A stretch of DNA of 64,000 nt from Nitrosopumilus sp. GTDB taxonomy: Archaea > Thermoproteota > Nitrososphaeria > Nitrososphaerales > Nitrosopumilaceae. The notes beneath the pieces were generated by a model, which made no database searches, had not been told where the DNA came from, and saw nothing but the letters and a program-made list of their open reading frames with translations. Below are positions 23,401-35,071 of this stretch, in pieces. The stretch is from NCBI GenBank assembly GCA_965214775.1, contig OZ243974.1, positions 1,664,001 to 1,728,000 on the forward strand. Direction: 5' to 3'. The translations under genes were made by a program, and so were the position numbers. Numbering within the stretch: position 1 is the stretch's first letter; every line of letters starts with the position of its first letter.

Positions 23401-26400
23401 TCAACGGGGACGCGACCGTCTTCGTCGAGCTGGGAAACAGCTACGCCGAGCAGGGCGCCACTGCCGAGGGCGGCCTGGCAGTCACCACGGACTCCTCTGA
23501 CGTGGATGTTACTCAGACCGGAACCTATACGGTGACATACACTGCCACCGACGGGGACGGCAACGAAGGCACGGCTACGAGAATCGTCACGGTGCGCGAC
23601 ACCACGCCGCCGGTCATCACCATAAACGGAGACGATACGATATTCCTGGATCTGGATTCTGTGTATGAAGACGAGGGCGCTGCCTCGACTGACAACGATC
23701 CGGACTATGTGGAATCCGTGTTCGATGATGCTTCTGCAGTCGATACGGCCACACCGGGCACCTATACGGTAACATATACTGCCACCGATGACGCAGGCAA
23801 CGCGGCCACGGCCACCAGGACGGTGCACGTGGAGCTGGACGAAGTAAAGGTGGGCACCCTCATACCCTCGGGCGATGACGCAGGCGACCAGCAGGGCCAG
23901 CAACAAGTCCTTGCGGCAGTTGCAAACAGCATGCAAGTCCTGGCAGAGGCCGCAGGCGACCAGCTGGCCTCGCAATACGTCCTTGCCGCAAAGACTGCCG
24001 TCTCTGACTTTAACGGATACCTCACGCAGAACAACGCCACCTGGCGCATCGCAGTCGACATCAGGGATACGGAGGATCATGGCGTGCAGGCTGCGATCCA
24101 GTCGCTCAATGCAGACGACGTCACTCTCGTCTCCGGATCCATCCGGGGTCCCGATCTGGTGTCCATAGCACCGTATGTGGATTCCAATGACATGATACTT
24201 TTCAGCTGCTGCTCGACGGCGCCCTCGCTTGCAGTTGCAGGCGACAACGTGTTCCGCCTGGCCCCTGACAGCTCGCAGCACGGGCTCGTGATTGCCGACC
24301 TGCTAATGCACGAGTACGGAAAGGACGTCATGGTGGCAGTGTGGCGTGACGACGTCTGGGGGATCGGCCTCAAGGACTCGACTGCAGACGAGTTTGAGGA
24401 GCTTGGAGGCACCGTTGATGATACCCTGGGCGGCTACGATCCGAACTCTGCTGACTTGGATGCCGACTTTGAGGTCTTGGCCGAAAGGCTGAGTGACGCC
24501 GTCTCGGGCCACGTGGACACGGTGGGGGCCGACAGGGTGTCCGTCCTGTTTATAGGGCAGGACGAGATGTCCAGGTTCGTAAACAAGGCTGCAGACCATC
24601 CGATACTGAGTACGGTACAGTGGATGGGATCCGATGCCTCGGTTCTTGACGATGCGCTGGTGAGCGATCCTAGAACATTCGAGTTCCTAAGGAATGCCAA
24701 CTTTGTAGCGTCCATCTTTGCAGGGGATTCCGGCAGCGAGATGCACATGAGGCTGGCAAACCTGGTCGAGGCAGAAACTGGCATCATGCCTACGGCATAC
24801 ACGTACGGCATGTATGATTCCATATGGATTCTCGGCCTGGCCCTAGAGCAGGCAGGAACTGACGCCGAGGTTGCGGCAATAAAGGACGCCATACCTCAGG
24901 TAACATTCCAGCATGCCGGGGTTGAGCTCAACGAGGCAGGCGACTTGGACGAGTCCGAGTATGCCATATGGGGAATAGATGATTCGGGCTGGGCCATGAT
25001 GGGCACGTACTCGCCGCACGCGCCGCCGGCCTTTGAATCGGCAACCCTCAACGAGAACACGGGCGCCATGACCATAACCTTCAGCAAGACCGTGGACATA
25101 TCGGCGACCAACCTGACCATAATGTATGTCAGCGATGTAAACCAGGCAGATACAGTCTCGCTGGCCGGCGCCGTGTTTGACTTTGAATCCGCCGACGTCG
25201 AGACCCTCTCGCTTACCCTGGTGGATTCCCAGATACAGCAGGTGAACCCGATGGATACGCCACAGCTCGACATTGCAGCCGGCGCCGTATCGGATCTGCG
25301 CGGCAACCTGATAGGCGACTTGCCGGACAACAGGATCATCCTGGATCCTCCACGGGATCGTGGTGATGATGACAGCACAGGATCGACGCCGTCTGTCAGC
25401 CGCGGCGGAGGCGGAGGCGGAAGCGGCGGCGGCCGCACCGGCGTCATGGTTTCCTCGGACATTCTGAGTTCTACGCACATAGCGTCCATATCATGGGACT
25501 GCACCGCCGGACTCATAACGATAGTTGCCGTACCGCCCTCAGATTATCTCTCGGTCTCGGTGCGCACTACTGTGGGCGGTGCCATCCTAGCTACGGCGGC
25601 AGGCCAGACGGCCGATGGGTTGGCAGCGACATTTACGGCACCCATGCATGAGACTGAGACGTACATCGGCGTCAGCGCAATCATGCAGTCTGGAAGGAGC
25701 ATAAGCTCTGACCACGAGTCAATAAACGTCGGCGCCTGTATCGGCGAGCGCACGTATGACATTCCGGCGTCCATGCGCGCAGATGTCATCGGAGGGGCAG
25801 TCGATCAGCCGCGCGATGCGGCCGACGAGGCCGTCGAACCGCCGGTGCCAGAAGGGCCCGAAGTCGTGGTACAGCCAGAACCCGTACCAGAACCGCAGCC
25901 AGAACCCGTACCAGAACCCGTACCAGAACCGCAGCCAGAACCGCAGCCAGAACCCGTACCAGAACCCGTACCAGAACCCGTACCAGAACCCGTACCAGAA
26001 CCCGTACCAGAACCCGTACCAGAACCCGTACCAGAGCCCGGCGGCTCATGCCTGATAGCTACTGCCGCATATGGCACCGAGCTGGCACCGCAGGTACAGG
26101 CACTCAGGGAGGTACGCGATGTTACGCTGCTCTCGACGGATTCGGGCGCATCCTTTGTAGCCGGATTCAACTCCATATACTACTCGTTCTCGCCTGCGAT
26201 AGCAGACCTGGAGCGCCAGAATCCTGTACTGCGCGATGCCGTAAGAATTGCCATCACCCCGATGATCTCGACGCTGTCGGTAATGTCGCTTGCAGAGGAG
26301 GGATCCGAGTCATCCGTACTGGCACTGGGCGCCTCAGTCATTGCCCTGAATATCGGCATGTATGTGGCAGCCCCTGCTGCCGCCGTCATTGTAGCCACAA

Positions 26401-26417
26401 GGCGACTGCGGGCCTAA
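11466..26417 (+). CDS. Giant (~4,983 aa) surface protein: signal peptide, six LVIVD-repeat modules each followed by an Ig-like linker, cadherin-like/Ig domains, ~11 DUF5011-like Ig repeats, ABC-type substrate-binding domain, PEPV linker, CFI-box C-terminal anchor
   Basis: Continuous ORF (track starts 11316; ATG 11466 has GGAGG upstream and a signal peptide); repeated [56 protein letters not shown]. Confidence 0.92.
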   Translation: MTLRSRSKSGGRPATAAARQHPLLRDPARVAVLLAVLAAAAVSGLAAIGLQAEAQVQEQAVSRLIVSESSIVWDNEDAPRLWQPTGVDTFERNGRVYAAIITEAEDALQLVDITDPDNPRATDAIDSYDIDRRFIDPHDVAIYERDGKAYAVIVSHDDAVQVLDVSDPGDIRVADFVEDKSGVYLGNGHAVDVFERQGALYAVVASESENGIQLVTLSNPEELRLAGGLGDNSQRLLDDARGVAVFARGNTNFAVVTSETEDGIQIVSLGDPNGLRAVGRLTADADLDYDNPRAVVVFEIGTKDYAAVASTKGLRIIDISNTNQPVNAGQWVDGSFSQDTRPNDMDVFSMEGRTFVAMTFDGSGGVSFVDVTDPHAPVHVGSLKDSTSRALDTVYDIDIFTRGDSTYAAAVSWEEDAMQILRLALAEDTKPELASASLDERSGVLTVKFTEPVDVSKTNMLHLHVSSAGAANQVPLHGADYDRAGVDTTTLRFKLSESQRRIVDPMETPQLDITEGAVRDRAGNAIASAADNPIEVTRMAASVVVTPVGKLHDNNKELHLDGPRGLDVYTRDGKTYAVVTSHTDSGVQFVDVTNPDDPRGSGRNGDGRGSELRWARDVAVYEQSGRIYAAVVGHDDAIQILDVTNPGSGNHERGHENDNNARLLGNAEGVATFNIDGTTYAISTSFSENGIQITDISDPSDPTAIVNMPDNGDRLLGEPWGVAVFERDGSTYAAVTSNEDGLQIIDISRPHLPNAVGRIGDNGDRLLEDTRGVDTFEKDGRTYAVVASWLDDGIQIVDVTDPASPTAKGNLRDTDGLLILNGAHGVDVFELGEYVFAAVATFSNDGIQIVDVTDPDRPAPAASLGDTGGSNELLLDGAVEVDVFQIGGVTYAAVSPWHDDGLQIVRLALAENEPPRFASASIDERSGVLTVRFTERIDVSMTDLNRMHLSQDGDVDTVSLAGASLDSRAADSDTITIKLTEAQLLRTSPMSTPQLDIGAGAVTDLAGNAIRGMPDNPVSVEAETALLVATPVGSIKDTGALLLNGPRSVNAFTIGPETYLAVTSISNHGIQFIRVTDPTNPEGAGQVSDTKGLELRDPHDSAFFEKNGSYYVAVVAHDDGMEIIDVTSPAGATPVSRVRDDSSKRLSNPHSVDVFEKDGRIYTVSTASADRGLQIVDVTDPRNPEALGTLFDGWTLYDARDVDVFTIGNRIYAVVTAYGAGGSEGWDGIRIVDVTDPRSPAFVGALRDDGTRLLKDTRGVDTFVIGEHTYAAVTGNGNDGVEIVRVTDPANPASVGRLSDSDRDRDGGGLILNNPHGVAAFEIGVRTYVAVTAGEDGLQLIDVTKPNNPIPAAEVRDTPSLLLDDTYDVDTFVIDGTTYAAVASWSEDGIQILRLEHADTSRPAFESASLNTNTRVLTVTFDEKIDVSEVSLSRFLITDADGDPSFRLTALPLSTTDDSDTITIHLSSGQINTVGAMNSPRLTISEGGVSDLAGNEISTTNNKRITLAGDSDRPAFVSAALDENTRIISISFDEIIDVSETNTWRMNVTYAGADPARDPIRLRGASLDRTGPDTDTLSLLLAESQLRRIAAIPEPLLDIREGAVVDLSGNDVEAVSDGRIEITERLPGLIITASSNIVDGRGAERLNGPTGLEIFEKDGRTYAAIVTQSDDSLQIIDITDPDNLRATDHSGDGRNSEFNNPNDVAIVKNDNKIFAVIVSDDDAVQVLEITNPSDIRETRHLNDHTDLFLGNGYALATFDPPGGIKYAIVTSESENGVQVINVDNLSRNLGATVKLADSSDLLLDDPRSVAVFAGGQQRYAVITSSTEDGIQVLEIGANRVRAAGQLTFDPRLDYDNPNSVVTFQIDGHNYAAVASSKGLRMVDLGDPSSPAFAGQWIGGSSSSSPRPYEMDVFEMEGRTFVAMGFDGTAGIRFIDVTDPYRPVSVGNLWDSTGRNLHTIYDIDVFTIGASTYAAAVSWQEDALQVVRLALEEDTKPEFASAELDENTGRLTVTFTEPVDVSRTNLWRLYISDTGMANQVRLTGAGFDGTKPDADTLTFTLTESQRRIVVPMDTPQLDITEGAVRDRAGNNIASAADNPIKVTRMAASVVVTPVGNLHDNNKELHLDGPRGLDVYTRDGKTYAVVTSHTDSGVQFVDVTNPDNPRGSGRNGDGKGSELRWARDVAVYERNNRIYAAVVGHDDAIQILDVTNPGSGDHERGHVNDNNDRLLGNAEGVAIFNRGPDVYAISTSFAEDGIQITNIGNPSSPDAVGKLRDNTTHLRLNEAWAVATFRLGGTPYAAVAGNEDGLEIIQLISTNSPTSVGRIVDNNDLLLEDVRGLDTFEKDGKTYVVAASWLDDGIQIFEIDAGGVPTAKGKLSDSDGGLGQSLILNGAHGVDVFEMGEYIFAAVASYSNDGIQIVDITDPDRPAPAGSLGDSGELLLDGAIEVKVFEIDGVTYAAVSAWEEDGIQIVRLALAENEPPRFASASLDERRGVLTVEFSEKVDVSMTDLGRMHLSQDGIVDAVSLAGAELDSEMADSDTMTITLTESQLLRTSPMNTPQLDIGAGAVTDLAGNTIGRSTDNPAGITAESPLLFATPVANIRDDYTLLLNGPRSVNAFVIGDKTYVAVTSISNHGLELIEVTDPKNPTGVGRVKDTSGLELRDPHDTAIFKIGTKTYAAVVAHDDGMEIIDITDPANPDPVSRVRDDSSKRLSNPHSVDVFEKDGRIYTVSTASADRGLQIVDVTDPRNPEALGTLFDGWTLYDARDVDVFTIGNHIYAVVTAYGAGGSEGWDGIRIVDVTDPRSPAFVGALRDDGTRLLKDTRGVDTFVIGEHTYAAVTGNGNDGVEIVRVTDPANPASVGRLSDSDRDRDGGGLILNNPHGVAAFEIGIYTYVAVTAGEDGLQVVDVSDPRNPIPVVEMRDNGNRLLADTYDVDTFVIDGTTYAAVASWTEDGIQIVKLEHADTSRPVLESATLDFNTRVFSATFDKTIDASETDLSKLSIIEGSNRVGLVGADHTGTDSDVVMITLTREQIQQVDAMASPSLDVGEGAVSDLSGNQVRSVSEVMETTGRPEPAPPVAPDTAVTTAEDTAIVITPAISDPDPGDTPRITDVGTPVEGSATFSDTEITYTPSPDYNGTDTFDYTVTSGADTAQGTITVTITRDNNAPVLGAIGNQTATVGVQLIITPDVTDADPTDTHTYSISRGTLPAAATFSTSDGRLDWTPVQADAGQTHEVTITVNDTRGGADSEAFSIKTVEAPDVTPPVITITGGSPLVHELGDPYTDQGATSDDGSVVHTTGSNVNVTKSGDYFVSYAATDDNANTGTATRTVQVRDTTAPVIVVTGPPSLTLVIDGSYPERGATVSDNDPAYTTTTATVEGDTVDTNSTGTYVVSYTAPADDAGNAPDAVTRTVIVQDTDAPVITINGDNPLAHELGDTYTDQGADSDDGSAVITDDTAVDVNEHGDYAVTYTATDAGNNTGTAIRMVQVRDTTAPVITLNGSASVTVELGGAYAELGATVSDNDPDYTTTTATVGGDTVDTSSTGTYTVSYTAPADDAGNTPDPVTRTVIVQDTAAPTITVSGDNPLAHELGNPYTDPGATSDDGSAVITNSSAVDVNEHGDYTVTYTATDGDGNEGKNTRTVQVRDTTKPVIGATGDDPLVHELGNPYTDPGATVSDNDPDYTGTVTTGGDTVDTNTAGTYTVSYTAPADDAGNAPDPVPRTVTVQDTTAPVITLNGDASVTVEFGGTYAEQGTTVSDNDPNYNGIVTESGTVNTQVSGDYQVTYTAPADDAGNAPDTVTRFVFVRDSTAPVITLYGNATVTVELGGTYTELGAEVADGEPGYAGTVTTGGDTVDTNTAGTYTVSYTAPPDGDGNAPAPVIRTVVVQDTTAPVITLNGDATVFVELGGTYTEQGATVSDNDPDYAGTATPGGDTVDTNTAGTYTVSYTALADDANNAPDQVTRTVVVQDTSGPAITLNGDATVFVELGNSYAEQGATAEGGLAVTTDSSDVDVTQTGTYTVTYTATDGDGNEGTATRIVTVRDTTPPVITINGDDTIFLDLDSVYEDEGAASTDNDPDYVESVFDDASAVDTATPGTYTVTYTATDDAGNAATATRTVHVELDEVKVGTLIPSGDDAGDQQGQQQVLAAVANSMQVLAEAAGDQLASQYVLAAKTAVSDFNGYLTQNNATWRIAVDIRDTEDHGVQAAIQSLNADDVTLVSGSIRGPDLVSIAPYVDSNDMILFSCCSTAPSLAVAGDNVFRLAPDSSQHGLVIADLLMHEYGKDVMVAVWRDDVWGIGLKDSTADEFEELGGTVDDTLGGYDPNSADLDADFEVLAERLSDAVSGHVDTVGADRVSVLFIGQDEMSRFVNKAADHPILSTVQWMGSDASVLDDALVSDPRTFEFLRNANFVASIFAGDSGSEMHMRLANLVEAETGIMPTAYTYGMYDSIWILGLALEQAGTDAEVAAIKDAIPQVTFQHAGVELNEAGDLDESEYAIWGIDDSGWAMMGTYSPHAPPAFESATLNENTGAMTITFSKTVDISATNLTIMYVSDVNQADTVSLAGAVFDFESADVETLSLTLVDSQIQQVNPMDTPQLDIAAGAVSDLRGNLIGDLPDNRIILDPPRDRGDDDSTGSTPSVSRGGGGGGSGGGRTGVMVSSDILSSTHIASISWDCTAGLITIVAVPPSDYLSVSVRTTVGGAILATAAGQTADGLAATFTAPMHETETYIGVSAIMQSGRSISSDHESINVGACIGERTYDIPASMRADVIGGAVDQPRDAADEAVEPPVPEGPEVVVQPEPVPEPQPEPVPEPVPEPQPEPQPEPVPEPVPEPVPEPVPEPVPEPVPEPVPEPGGSCLIATAAYGTELAPQVQALREVRDVTLLSTDSGASFVAGFNSIYYSFSPAIADLERQNPVLRDAVRIAITPMISTLSVMSLAEEGSESSVLALGASVIALNIGMYVAAPAAAVIVATRRLRA
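25875..26039 (+). repeat. 12-bp coding tandem repeat CCAGAACCCGTA/CCAGAACCGCAG (PEPV/PEPQ linker)
   Basis: About 13-14 units seen directly. Confidence 0.95.
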
Positions 26418-26458
26418 AGTCACGATGACACAAGGCTGTTCCTACCATACCTTCTCTG

Positions 26459-26520
26459 CAGAGATCTGATTCGAAATTAGCAAATTCTGATCATGTGCAA
26501 ACGAATCTGCGCAAAACAGA
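26459..26520. repeat. Lone left end of a MITE-B family element
   Basis: CAG-AGATCTGATTCGAAATTAGCAAA matches 50209 onward. Confidence 0.7.
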
Positions 26521-26725
26521 TGCTGTATGAAATCTTGTCCGTATCCTGTGATATAGCATTGCTGTTGGGCCTGAGAGTCGATCGAAACTTACCATGTACA
26601 AGGGTGTTCAATAGACTGGCTCGCAACAGCAGCAGGCAGAAAGCAATATGCCGCACAGAAGACGATAAATGGGAGATCCCGTCCGGATCAGGCATTTTGA
26701 TCAAAAAGAAGGAGGTGATAACATG

Positions 26726-27130
26726 ATCAACGTAGGAACAGATGTACACAAAGAGGTGCGTTGCAGCAGTAAAGGACGGTTCGGACAAGCTGCTGCTAGA
26801 GCGCTCCACGTTTGAGGACCGTTTCTGCGGCAACGAATTTTGTAACAGACCTAGGGGTACAACACTCCGGACTACTGCCAATCAGGGTAGCATACGGATC
26901 TGCTACCATCTACCGGATCATCATACATGACATGCATGAGAATTGCGGGACAGGCACCGCGCCGGTGCATCCGGCAAAGGTCAGGGCGATGGTGCACGCC
27001 AGGACAAAGGACGACCACCAAGGCCAATGCTCACTGAATTCAGAGGCAGGTCAGGGCGATGGCACACGCCAGGACATTGGACGGCTGCGTGGATGCCGGC
27101 ATACTTGTGGATCTGCTCATAACGGACATG
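26726..27130 (+). pseudogene. IS110-family transposase N-terminal remnant
   Basis: Frameshifted fragments VGTDVHK, VHPAKVRAMVHARTKDD, VDAGILVDLL. Confidence 0.65.
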
Positions 27131-27131
27131 C

Positions 27132-27239
27132 CAGCCAGCCAGGCAGCCAGCCAGCCAGCCAGCCAGGCAGCCAGCCAGCCAGGCAGCCAGCCAGCCAGGC
27201 AGCCAGGCAGCCAGCCAGCCAGGCAGCCAGGCAGGCAGG
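27132..27239. repeat. (CAGC/CAGG) tetranucleotide repeat, 27 units
   Basis: Seen directly. Confidence 0.92.
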
Positions 27240-27496
27240 GTAGTAGTCTAATGTAGCAAGTACGGAATTTGAGGTAGAAGAAGAAGAAGAATTGCTTGGA
27301 TGAAGAGAGCAGCAAATGAAAGTCATACCACAACCAAATTGCAAGAAACGTGGAGCAAGAATTCAGAAGCAAAGACAGCATTCAGGATTGCAGACTAGCC
27401 ATATCTGAACTTCCTCTAAATTATCCCAAAAAGCAGGAATCATGACACTGAGCCAAAGTTTACACTTTAATTTGAGAAAATTAGGATTATTTCAAA

Positions 27497-27808
27497 TTGC
27501 AAAAAATAGATTATGAGGCACCTGTATGGGTTTTAAATTACAACAATCCAAAGCCGCTATTGGATCATGCCATTTACATGCTTGAAAAGCACGGAGTCAA
27601 ACGAGAAGACATGGAAATTACCGAAACTCCCACTGCCAAAGTTGGCGCAATCGTAGTTGAGGTTTGGCCATATGAACTGGTCATTGGAAGGGTCAGATCT
27701 ACTAGAAATGACTCTTTTATCAGTGGAACAGAGTTTGCAATCGAGCTTCGGTTAGATGAGAACGGGAATTACGTAGATTACATTGAAGAAGAAGAAAAAA
27801 AAAATTAA
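27497..27808 (+). CDS. Hypothetical protein
   Basis: 103-aa ORF with host-like composition, TTTAAT upstream. Confidence 0.7.
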   Translation: MQKIDYEAPVWVLNYNNPKPLLDHAIYMLEKHGVKREDMEITETPTAKVGAIVVEVWPYELVIGRVRSTRNDSFISGTEFAIELRLDENGNYVDYIEEEEKKN

Positions 27809-28478
27809 CAACATCATAATTGCAGCCGTTGCAATCGGGATTATCGGCGCAATTGCTGCATACAACTATTCGGCAGACCAGACAAGACAAAAAGGGCTGC
27901 AGTTTGGAATTCAACTGGAGCAAATTCAAAAGGAGGTCAAAGAGATTCAAGACAGATTCTATTCGGAAAAAACCAAATGGGAAGAAGAGGACATTACCAA
28001 GGAGGAACTTTTGTCATACTATGATAAACACATATCAAAATTCAAAGAGGTTATCTCAAAGTATGACGAGTTGGACCCCCCGGAACTGTTTGAGAGTTCT
28101 GTTCAGCTGTTAAAGATGTCCTCGCAAACCCAGCTGGAAAGCGATGTACAGTTCATCGAATGGATAAAGACAGGCGACGAATCTGCAAAAGTCAGATCAG
28201 ACACGCAAATCCAGGAATCGCTGGACTTTGAGATGCAGGGACTGGTTGAATTTTATTCTGCAAAAACAGGGGTAAAAGACTATGAGCAGCCAGAAAAGTT
28301 TGAGGCGCCGCAATCAGGACTGACCCAAAAAGTAATTCGTGTAGCTGAAGACATGAAAAAGAGATGTGATGAAAAATTCAAAAATGAGCTGGGTGAATTT
28401 GACTCAGATGATCTGAAAGAAGAGTGGTCTGATTGTGCCAACGAGGCACAAAAATGGAAGATTGAACACCTCCCGTAG
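27783..28478 (+). CDS. Membrane-anchored helical hypothetical protein
   Basis: Basic N-terminus and TM helix, then coiled-coil-like region. Confidence 0.8.
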   Translation: MKKKKKKINNIIIAAVAIGIIGAIAAYNYSADQTRQKGLQFGIQLEQIQKEVKEIQDRFYSEKTKWEEEDITKEELLSYYDKHISKFKEVISKYDELDPPELFESSVQLLKMSSQTQLESDVQFIEWIKTGDESAKVRSDTQIQESLDFEMQGLVEFYSAKTGVKDYEQPEKFEAPQSGLTQKVIRVAEDMKKRCDEKFKNELGEFDSDDLKEEWSDCANEAQKWKIEHLP

Positions 28479-28516
28479 CACAAAAGCTTCTTAAAATAAT
28501 ATTTTCTAAGCCATGT

Positions 28517-29278
28517 GTGGAAAACAGCATTCTGGGATTAGTGGTTTTGTCTGGTCTTGTCCCGTTGGCGTTTGCCGAAGTAACCATCCAAAATGATCAG
28601 AAATACATCGGAGATGATGGGTCGTTGCACGTTGTTGGGGAGATTCTCAATGATTTAGAGGCACCATTAAACCAAATTTCTGTCCGTGTGACACTCTTAG
28701 ATGAAAACCAGGACGTAATCACAGTCAAAGAGACCAATTCGCTTGTAAACACGATAATGCCCGGCATGAAAGGCCCATTTGATCTGATTTTGACTAGTGG
28801 CAAGGAGGCATCAAACACGGAATCATACAGACTGGAATTGGACTATGAGATCAGTCCTCCAAAAAACCAAGTAATTGAGATTACGGAATCCGAGCTGTCT
28901 CGAGATAATTTGGGAAATCTGATGATAAAGGGAACCGTGGCAAATCAGGGAGAAATTACGGCCAACACAGTAGCAGTGATAGCCACACTGTATGACAGCA
29001 AAGGAAATGTGGCAGCAGTATCAAGAGTCCATCCGGAACCTGACTATCTGAAAACCAAGGATGACATGTTTTTCTTGATCTCAGTCCCAGACAAAATTCA
29101 AACCCGGGGAATCGACAGATACGAGTTAATTGCCGAATCCGAGGAATTTGCCGCAGTCCCAGAATTTCCAATTGGGACATTGATTGTTCTTGCCGGAACA
29201 TTATCTGCATACGTTGGAATTACGAAATTTTCTGGCAGATTCATAACAAATCTGATCTCTTCAACAGGTCTAAAGTAG
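28517..29278 (+). CDS. Two FxLYD-type domain surface protein with a PEF-CTERM-like anchor
   Basis: VVGEILN..VTLLD, IKGTVAN..ATLYD, C-terminal AVPEFP followed by a TM helix. Confidence 0.8.
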   Translation: MENSILGLVVLSGLVPLAFAEVTIQNDQKYIGDDGSLHVVGEILNDLEAPLNQISVRVTLLDENQDVITVKETNSLVNTIMPGMKGPFDLILTSGKEASNTESYRLELDYEISPPKNQVIEITESELSRDNLGNLMIKGTVANQGEITANTVAVIATLYDSKGNVAAVSRVHPEPDYLKTKDDMFFLISVPDKIQTRGIDRYELIAESEEFAAVPEFPIGTLIVLAGTLSAYVGITKFSGRFITNLISSTGLK

Positions 29279-29696
29279 GGCAAAGCTCCTCAATCAGATC
29301 CCTTTTGTGCAGGGGAGTGGGTCTTGAAAATTTTACTGGAAAAGTAATTGTCAGCATGTCCTGGTCCGTATGGGAGATTCTGACTGAATGAGCGTTTCTG
29401 TTTGTTCCAGACAGAAACCTCTTCCATTTGTCTAGATGCAGGTGAACCCTTCTGACATTGTTATCGACCTCAAAGATGTCAGTATCCAAATCAGTATCAA
29501 ACAAGCCGAATTTTACAAGAGGCACCATTACAACGCCGCCTGGAATCTTATCGTGGTTTTTTAGCATGTCTGATATGATTTCAGACGCATTTTCTTTTGG
29601 ATGGATGTCTCCATAATCAGGATCAAAGTAGCCTGCCACCATTCTCTTTGAATCATAAATTCTGAAAAAATCCTCATCAAAGTCCAGCTTCCACAA
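29241..29696 (-). CDS. Hypothetical protein
   Basis: 151-aa ORF with host-like composition. Confidence 0.7.
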   Translation of the reverse strand: MWKLDFDEDFFRIYDSKRMVAGYFDPDYGDIHPKENASEIISDMLKNHDKIPGGVVMVPLVKFGLFDTDLDTDIFEVDNNVRRVHLHLDKWKRFLSGTNRNAHSVRISHTDQDMLTITFPVKFSRPTPLHKRDLIEELCPTLDLLKRSDLL

Positions 29697-29771
29697 TGAC
29701 TGTGCATGAAATTGTGGCTAAATAACAGTTTATCAAAGACAGTTAAATAAACTCAAAAACAGAAGAGACAT

Positions 29772-30098
29772 ATGGCAATTTCAAAAGAGAACAAGGATTT
29801 CATTGAAAGCTTGATTGACTATTACATCAGCGAATCAGAATCATACAAGCAGATTGCAGAGAATTTTGTTCCGGCAGTCGAATCCGTCTCAGATACTGCA
29901 TTTGGAATCATTACGGGATGCGTGTATTCGGGATTTTTACAGGCATATCAGAACCAGCAGCAAACCCCAGGTCTGGAGGATATGAGGGAGTTCAATGAGA
30001 TTGTCAAAAAAAAGGCCCCGCTTATGAAAAAGGCAATAACTGGGCCTGCAAAAGACGGTTATGAGCCAGAGAAGAAAGAAGACGGTTCTGAAGAATAA
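29772..30098 (+). CDS. Hypothetical protein
   Basis: 108-aa ORF. Confidence 0.75.
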   Translation: MAISKENKDFIESLIDYYISESESYKQIAENFVPAVESVSDTAFGIITGCVYSGFLQAYQNQQQTPGLEDMREFNEIVKKKAPLMKKAITGPAKDGYEPEKKEDGSEE

Positions 30099-30300
30099 CT
30101 GAGTGCCCAGAGGAAAACATATTTCTGCCTGCATCATTGGATGCGGCCGTGCTATCCCGGATGCACAAATGTGGCGTTAGCCGGCAGCAGCCGACAAAAA
30201 AAATTCATGTCACCACACTTGGCGTAAAAGTCACCGGTGATCAAACACTGGTTTTGAGAAAGTCAGTTACAGTTTAATCTGGCACAAACTGCCAAAAATC

Positions 30301-30393
30301 ATGCACGTAGACGGCAGCAAGATCATTTTCGGGTTGGGGGTGGCAGCAGCCGTGGCCACTGCAGCAGTTGCGTTGTTTTTTGCAATCAGTTAG
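30301..30393 (+). CDS. Putative 30-aa single-TM peptide MHVDGSKIIFGLGVAAAVATAAVALFFAIS
   Basis: Read directly; TTTAAT box about 27 bp upstream fits a leaderless start. Confidence 0.5.
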   Translation: MHVDGSKIIFGLGVAAAVATAAVALFFAIS

Positions 30394-30423
30394 AGATAAA
30401 TCATTTAAGAGATTAGGAGATTC

Positions 30424-30744
30424 ATGTCAGCTACAAATGAATTCAGAATTACGCAGATAGTGGACAACGGGCAAATGGTACAACTCACGCTAATTGAAAA
30501 CGTATCAACAGAACCGATTTCACAAAAACAAATGATTATGGAAAACGTCTCAAAAAGGGTCGATGCTGAAACCAAAGAGCAGATAATGCCGTTGCTAGAA
30601 GCAATGCTGCAAGCTCAGCCGACTGTAAACATCAAATCATACCAGCAAACACAAATCACAATGGGAATGCCAAAATCAAGATACGAGGGCATGGGAAGGC
30701 CCCAAGTGGGAGAGACCGTCCAAGTCGACATGAAAAAGAACTAG
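30424..30744 (+). CDS. Hypothetical protein
   Basis: 106-aa ORF, AGGAG upstream. Confidence 0.75.
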   Translation: MSATNEFRITQIVDNGQMVQLTLIENVSTEPISQKQMIMENVSKRVDAETKEQIMPLLEAMLQAQPTVNIKSYQQTQITMGMPKSRYEGMGRPQVGETVQVDMKKN

Positions 30745-32771
30745 AGACTGCTTCTTACTTCGTCTATCGTGCGTAAAGGCAGAGAGCATGTGAAATCCTT
30801 GCAGACAAACACCAAAGTCTTTTCCTCGAAATCCTTTCCTGCAAAGAAGGGAAATTCTGACAAGCCAGAGAGCTGCCCGCTGTTTTGAACCGTAACTAGA
30901 AATGAGTTTGGGATGTACTCGGATTGCAGTGTTTTGCACAGTTCAGAATTTTCAGGGTTGATTACGGTGATCTCAAGAGGCCCTTCAAGAAATATTGCAA
31001 CTGCATTTAACAGGTACCCAAATCCAAACGGGTTTTCAGCTGCCGCTTGTGCCTGACTTTCCATGGCTTTGGTGGAAATCTCGAGGAATTTGTCGTTCTG
31101 AGACAGATGGAACAGCCTCAGCATCACTAGCGCCGAGACGGAATTGCCAGACGGAAGCGACAAATCATGGTTGCTTTTTGGACGAATGATCAGTTTTTCA
31201 TGATTGTCTGAAGTCATAAAGAAACTGTTGTTTTCTGCATCCCAAAAGTGTTCGACTAGGATCTCTCCTAGCTTCAAGGCAAGCTTGAGATGCCTTGGTT
31301 CGGGGTCTATCTCAAAGACATCAAGCAGCGCATTGACAAAATACGAATAGTCCTCCAGATAGCCGTCAATCTTTGCAGTTCCATCTTTGTATGTTCGAAG
31401 TAGTTTACCGCCTTTGAGCAGGTTGTTTTCAATAAAATCAACACAGTTTCTGGCCGCATCCAGATATTTTTTATCCAGAGTCACGCGGTATCCTTTGGCA
31501 AAAGCAGTAACCATCAAGGCATTCCATGATACAAGGACTTTGTCATCCAAGCCGGGTGCAACCCGCTTTGAGCGAATCTCAAGCAGTTTTTCTGAACACT
31601 CTTTGAGTTTTGCCCTTGCTTGATCTTCGGTCATTCCAAAGTTAAATGCAACAGTTGATACGTTCAGACTGTTGCACAGGATGTTGTTTCCCTCCCAGTT
31701 GCCGCCATCAGTCACATCATAAAACAAGCAAAACAGGTCCGCGTCATTTCCAAGAATCTCTTTGATTTCGCTTTTTTTCCAAACATAGAATTTTCCTTCC
31801 ACTCCCTGAGAGTCTGCATCATACGCAGAATAGAACCCGCCTTCAGGGGAGGTCATTTCACGTATTACAAAATCCAATGTCATTCTAAGGACGTCCAGGT
31901 AAAACTGATCTTTTGTGATTTGATATGCTTCGGCATAGTTGACTGGAATCAGCGCATTGTCATACAGCATCTTTTCAAAATGTGGGACCAGCCACTTTGC
32001 ATCAGTGGAGTACCTGTGAAATCCCCCGCCAATCTGATCAAATATTCCGCCCCTTGCCATTTTGTTGAGGGTTCTTAGCGCAAACTCTTTGAATTTGCTC
32101 AGGCCAGAGAGCTTTGCATACATGAACAGGAATGAGACATTTGCAGCATTGGGGAATTTTGGAGCAGTGCCAAATCCCCCATATGTGGCATCGCCAAGCT
32201 GGAGCAGGTTCATTGCCGCCTCATCAAGCAGGATGCGTTCAAGCTTGCAGGGGGCTGAGACAGTCTCGGTTTTTTGCAAGGCGTCCAGAAAACTGTCTGC
32301 GGATTTTTCAACATCGCTTGGTTTTTCTTTCCAGGCTTGAGACAACTGCCTGCATATGCTGCCAAAACCGGGCCTGCCATACGAATCTAGAACGGGAAAG
32401 TAGGTTCCGACATAGAACGGTTTTTGATCAGGGGTAAGAAAGATGCTCAGTGGCCATCCGCCTTGGCCGGTTGCAATCTGGCAAACTTTTTGATAAACAT
32501 CATCAATGTCAGGCCGCTCTTCTCGGTCCACTTTGATGTTGACAAAATTTTCATTCATGACTCTTGCAACCTCGTCATTTTCAAACGATTCGTGTGCCAT
32601 GACATGGCACCAATGGCAGGAGCTGTACCCTATGCTCAGGAAGATGGGCTTGTTTTCATCTTTGGCCTTTTGCAATGCCGCATCATTCCAAGCATGCCAT
32701 TTTACGGGATTGTCTGCGTGCTGCAGAAGATACGGGCTTGTTTCATGAGCAAGACTGTTGTTTTCAGCCAT
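30741..32771 (-). CDS. Thioredoxin-domain protein, YyaL/SSP411 (DUF255) family
   Basis: [42 protein letters not shown]. Confidence 0.95.
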   Translation of the reverse strand: MAENNSLAHETSPYLLQHADNPVKWHAWNDAALQKAKDENKPIFLSIGYSSCHWCHVMAHESFENDEVARVMNENFVNIKVDREERPDIDDVYQKVCQIATGQGGWPLSIFLTPDQKPFYVGTYFPVLDSYGRPGFGSICRQLSQAWKEKPSDVEKSADSFLDALQKTETVSAPCKLERILLDEAAMNLLQLGDATYGGFGTAPKFPNAANVSFLFMYAKLSGLSKFKEFALRTLNKMARGGIFDQIGGGFHRYSTDAKWLVPHFEKMLYDNALIPVNYAEAYQITKDQFYLDVLRMTLDFVIREMTSPEGGFYSAYDADSQGVEGKFYVWKKSEIKEILGNDADLFCLFYDVTDGGNWEGNNILCNSLNVSTVAFNFGMTEDQARAKLKECSEKLLEIRSKRVAPGLDDKVLVSWNALMVTAFAKGYRVTLDKKYLDAARNCVDFIENNLLKGGKLLRTYKDGTAKIDGYLEDYSYFVNALLDVFEIDPEPRHLKLALKLGEILVEHFWDAENNSFFMTSDNHEKLIIRPKSNHDLSLPSGNSVSALVMLRLFHLSQNDKFLEISTKAMESQAQAAAENPFGFGYLLNAVAIFLEGPLEITVINPENSELCKTLQSEYIPNSFLVTVQNSGQLSGLSEFPFFAGKDFEEKTLVFVCKDFTCSLPLRTIDEVRSSL

Positions 32772-32994
32772 ACATCTTCACGCATGATTGAATATTTGTA
32801 CCTATTTCCTGCTTTGAATTTTTTTCAATTCTTCTAGATGGGAATCAAATAACTTTTGGGTCTAGTCTGCAACTGTGTGATGTATGGTAAACGTCATGGA
32901 TGGCCGCCTGCTTTTGCAGTCCTGGAACCCCGCTTCCTTGGTCGCTGTCCCTGCCTGGCATCTGCCGCGGTTATCACACCTTCAAAATACCGCC

Positions 32995-33066
32995 TTGCAA
33001 AATTATTTAAAAAACATGCAGAAAAATCCTGGCATCTGCACGGTTTCTGATTTCGGATCATCTCTC
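32995..33066. repeat. Lone end of a MITE-B family element
   Basis: GGTTTCTGATTTCGGATCATCTCT; similar to 10225-10297. Confidence 0.65.
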
Positions 33067-33438
33067 CGGGAGGGATCAATCCACCTGCAGCAGGTGACAC
33101 AGGATGCGGGATCCTGTTTATCGTCTTGTTGCCGTCTGCCCCGGTGCCGGCAGGTGCGGCCCTATCATACACACTGCCTGCCAGTTACCACTTGAAATTT
33201 CATGTATGGGACTGTGCGTGTGGGGGGCGGGATGCAGATATGGTGAAAAGCACAAGTTCTTCAACGGCGGGAAGCACTTCCTTGCGTAGTTTGTGCCCAC
33301 ATGTGTTGAAGAATTTTTGCCCGTCACCATAGATCCGGGAATCGTCAAAAAATGGCTGATCTGCAAGTTTTCGTATAGATCAGTTCCCAACACACAACAA
33401 TGCACTCCAACCATCAATAACCCCATTCCAAGATATTT

Positions 33439-34713
33439 TCAGGACAGTTTGGATTCAAATGAGCTTGTTGCAGAATTCCAAATGACTGAGAGGTTGTTGT
33501 CATACTTGTAGTTTTTTACAAAAGAATCCACGTTTGACTGCTGCTGTTTTTCTAACATCTCCAAAGTTCTTGATTTTTCATCAAGGTAATGTTTTTCTAA
33601 AATAAAATAATCCTCACGAATGTCGGTAATCATCTGACTTGCCACATCTCCTTCCAGCTCTCCGTTATCGAGCCTGCCAATGACCTCCTTTTCCTCGAGA
33701 ACCTTCTCTGACATGGTATCCTGAATTAGAGACTCGTACTCTAGGATTGTTTCGCTTATTTTTTGCTCAAACCGTGCCTGGATTGACTGTATTTTTTGAT
33801 TCAAGGAATCAACCTTTTGAATGGTTCTGTCACGATCTAGCTTTTCGATATCGATGACTGGTGTATTGGAAAAATCTTCACCAACTACTGTTCCCATGTT
33901 GTGCCGAATCCACATTTCTGCAGTATGCCGGGTGGTACATACGTAGTCATTTGTATGATGTCTATGCACTAGGGTGTGGCCTTCTCTGCATTCGGTTGCA
34001 GGATTATTCTGTCCAAGCTCCTCCCATGATATTTTATCAAAGGGATTTGCTTGCAGGTATTGAGGGTTTGTTCTGTAGTCCTCATAGTACTTTCGCAATT
34101 CTATGCCTGAAGTTTCATAATCAAACTGTCCATCGGATTCAAAAAGAATCTGCTGGTTATAGTATGCCTTTTCCCTTAGAACATTAAACAGGATATTTGC
34201 AGAAAGCATTTCGACTCGAGATATTTTTGCAGCTTCCACAAACGCATCTCTGGCCTCTTCAGGCCCGCCGCCATTTGAGATCACTTTGTAAAACGCATCT
34301 CTGCCTGCATTGACTTTTGATGCTGTAAATTTTAGATGATGATCATAGATTGTATCAGTAGATCCTGCAGGGTCGTTGGCAAGAGCACGTTCTAGCATGC
34401 TATCAAATGAGTAATAACCCCATATTTCCTCCCATTTTTCTAGATCATCTTCAAGATACCGTTGTACTGTTGCTCTTTTCTCTTCAAGCTCTCTTTGCTC
34501 TTCTAGATTTTCGGCATCCTGCTTTTGGATGTTTTCAATCCATCGCTTGCTCTTCTCAATTTTTTTGAGGATTTCTTGTGCTATTGGATCGTTTTCCAAA
34601 TCTCCACTTATGGTAGTCTGTTCTGAAACTTGGGCATAGGAAGAAGAAGTGCCAATCAGAGTAAACGAGAAGACCATAGCTAAAACTGTAATAATCGCAG
34701 TACCAACCATCAA
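33439..34713 (-). CDS. Secreted coiled-coil hypothetical protein
   Basis: Signal peptide, C-x-E-G..YVC motif, long helical regions. Confidence 0.82.
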   Translation of the reverse strand: MMVGTAIITVLAMVFSFTLIGTSSSYAQVSEQTTISGDLENDPIAQEILKKIEKSKRWIENIQKQDAENLEEQRELEEKRATVQRYLEDDLEKWEEIWGYYSFDSMLERALANDPAGSTDTIYDHHLKFTASKVNAGRDAFYKVISNGGGPEEARDAFVEAAKISRVEMLSANILFNVLREKAYYNQQILFESDGQFDYETSGIELRKYYEDYRTNPQYLQANPFDKISWEELGQNNPATECREGHTLVHRHHTNDYVCTTRHTAEMWIRHNMGTVVGEDFSNTPVIDIEKLDRDRTIQKVDSLNQKIQSIQARFEQKISETILEYESLIQDTMSEKVLEEKEVIGRLDNGELEGDVASQMITDIREDYFILEKHYLDEKSRTLEMLEKQQQSNVDSFVKNYKYDNNLSVIWNSATSSFESKLS

Positions 34714-34796
34714 AAAAATGCCTGATTTTTCGTATTTAGCGGATACTGATAAATTATCAGTAAAAACAGGGATTCTGGGAAAGGATTGGAATTTTT

Positions 34797-34889
34797 GTAT
34801 GAGGTCACGTCCCCTTACTGGCTAGGCGTGGAAATCATAATTGTGTATACTAATTCGTGCCTGATTGGTGGGGATGGGTGACCACATAC
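34797..34889. mobile_element. MITE-C (93 bp)
   Basis: TIRs GTATGAGGTCAC / GTGACCACATAC with a perfect 8-bp TSD GAATTTTT. Confidence 0.9.
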
Positions 34890-34934
34890 GAATTTTTGCA
34901 TGGCCGCATGTGCCTTGCTGCCACCTCCTCTCTG

Positions 34935-35071
34935 AGAGATGATCCAAAATTAGAAACCAAACAAATTTTTCGAATAATTTCACAGATAATCTGTATTTTG
35001 TCGGTGTTTTGAGCCGTTTTGTGCAAATTCGTTCACAGATAATCAGAACTTGCTAATTTCGAATCAACTCT
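34935..35071. mobile_element. MITE-B (~137 bp)
   Basis: Homologous to 50212-50348 (inverted) and 56007-56143. Confidence 0.85.

Noticed and set aside
11426-26428. Many long antisense and alternative-frame ORFs over the giant gene
   Set aside because: Shadow ORFs expected from GC-rich, codon-biased repetitive coding sequence; no recognisable motifs
26812-27381. ORFs with ASQP or WLAG repeats
   Set aside because: Translations of the CAGS microsatellite and IS110 debris
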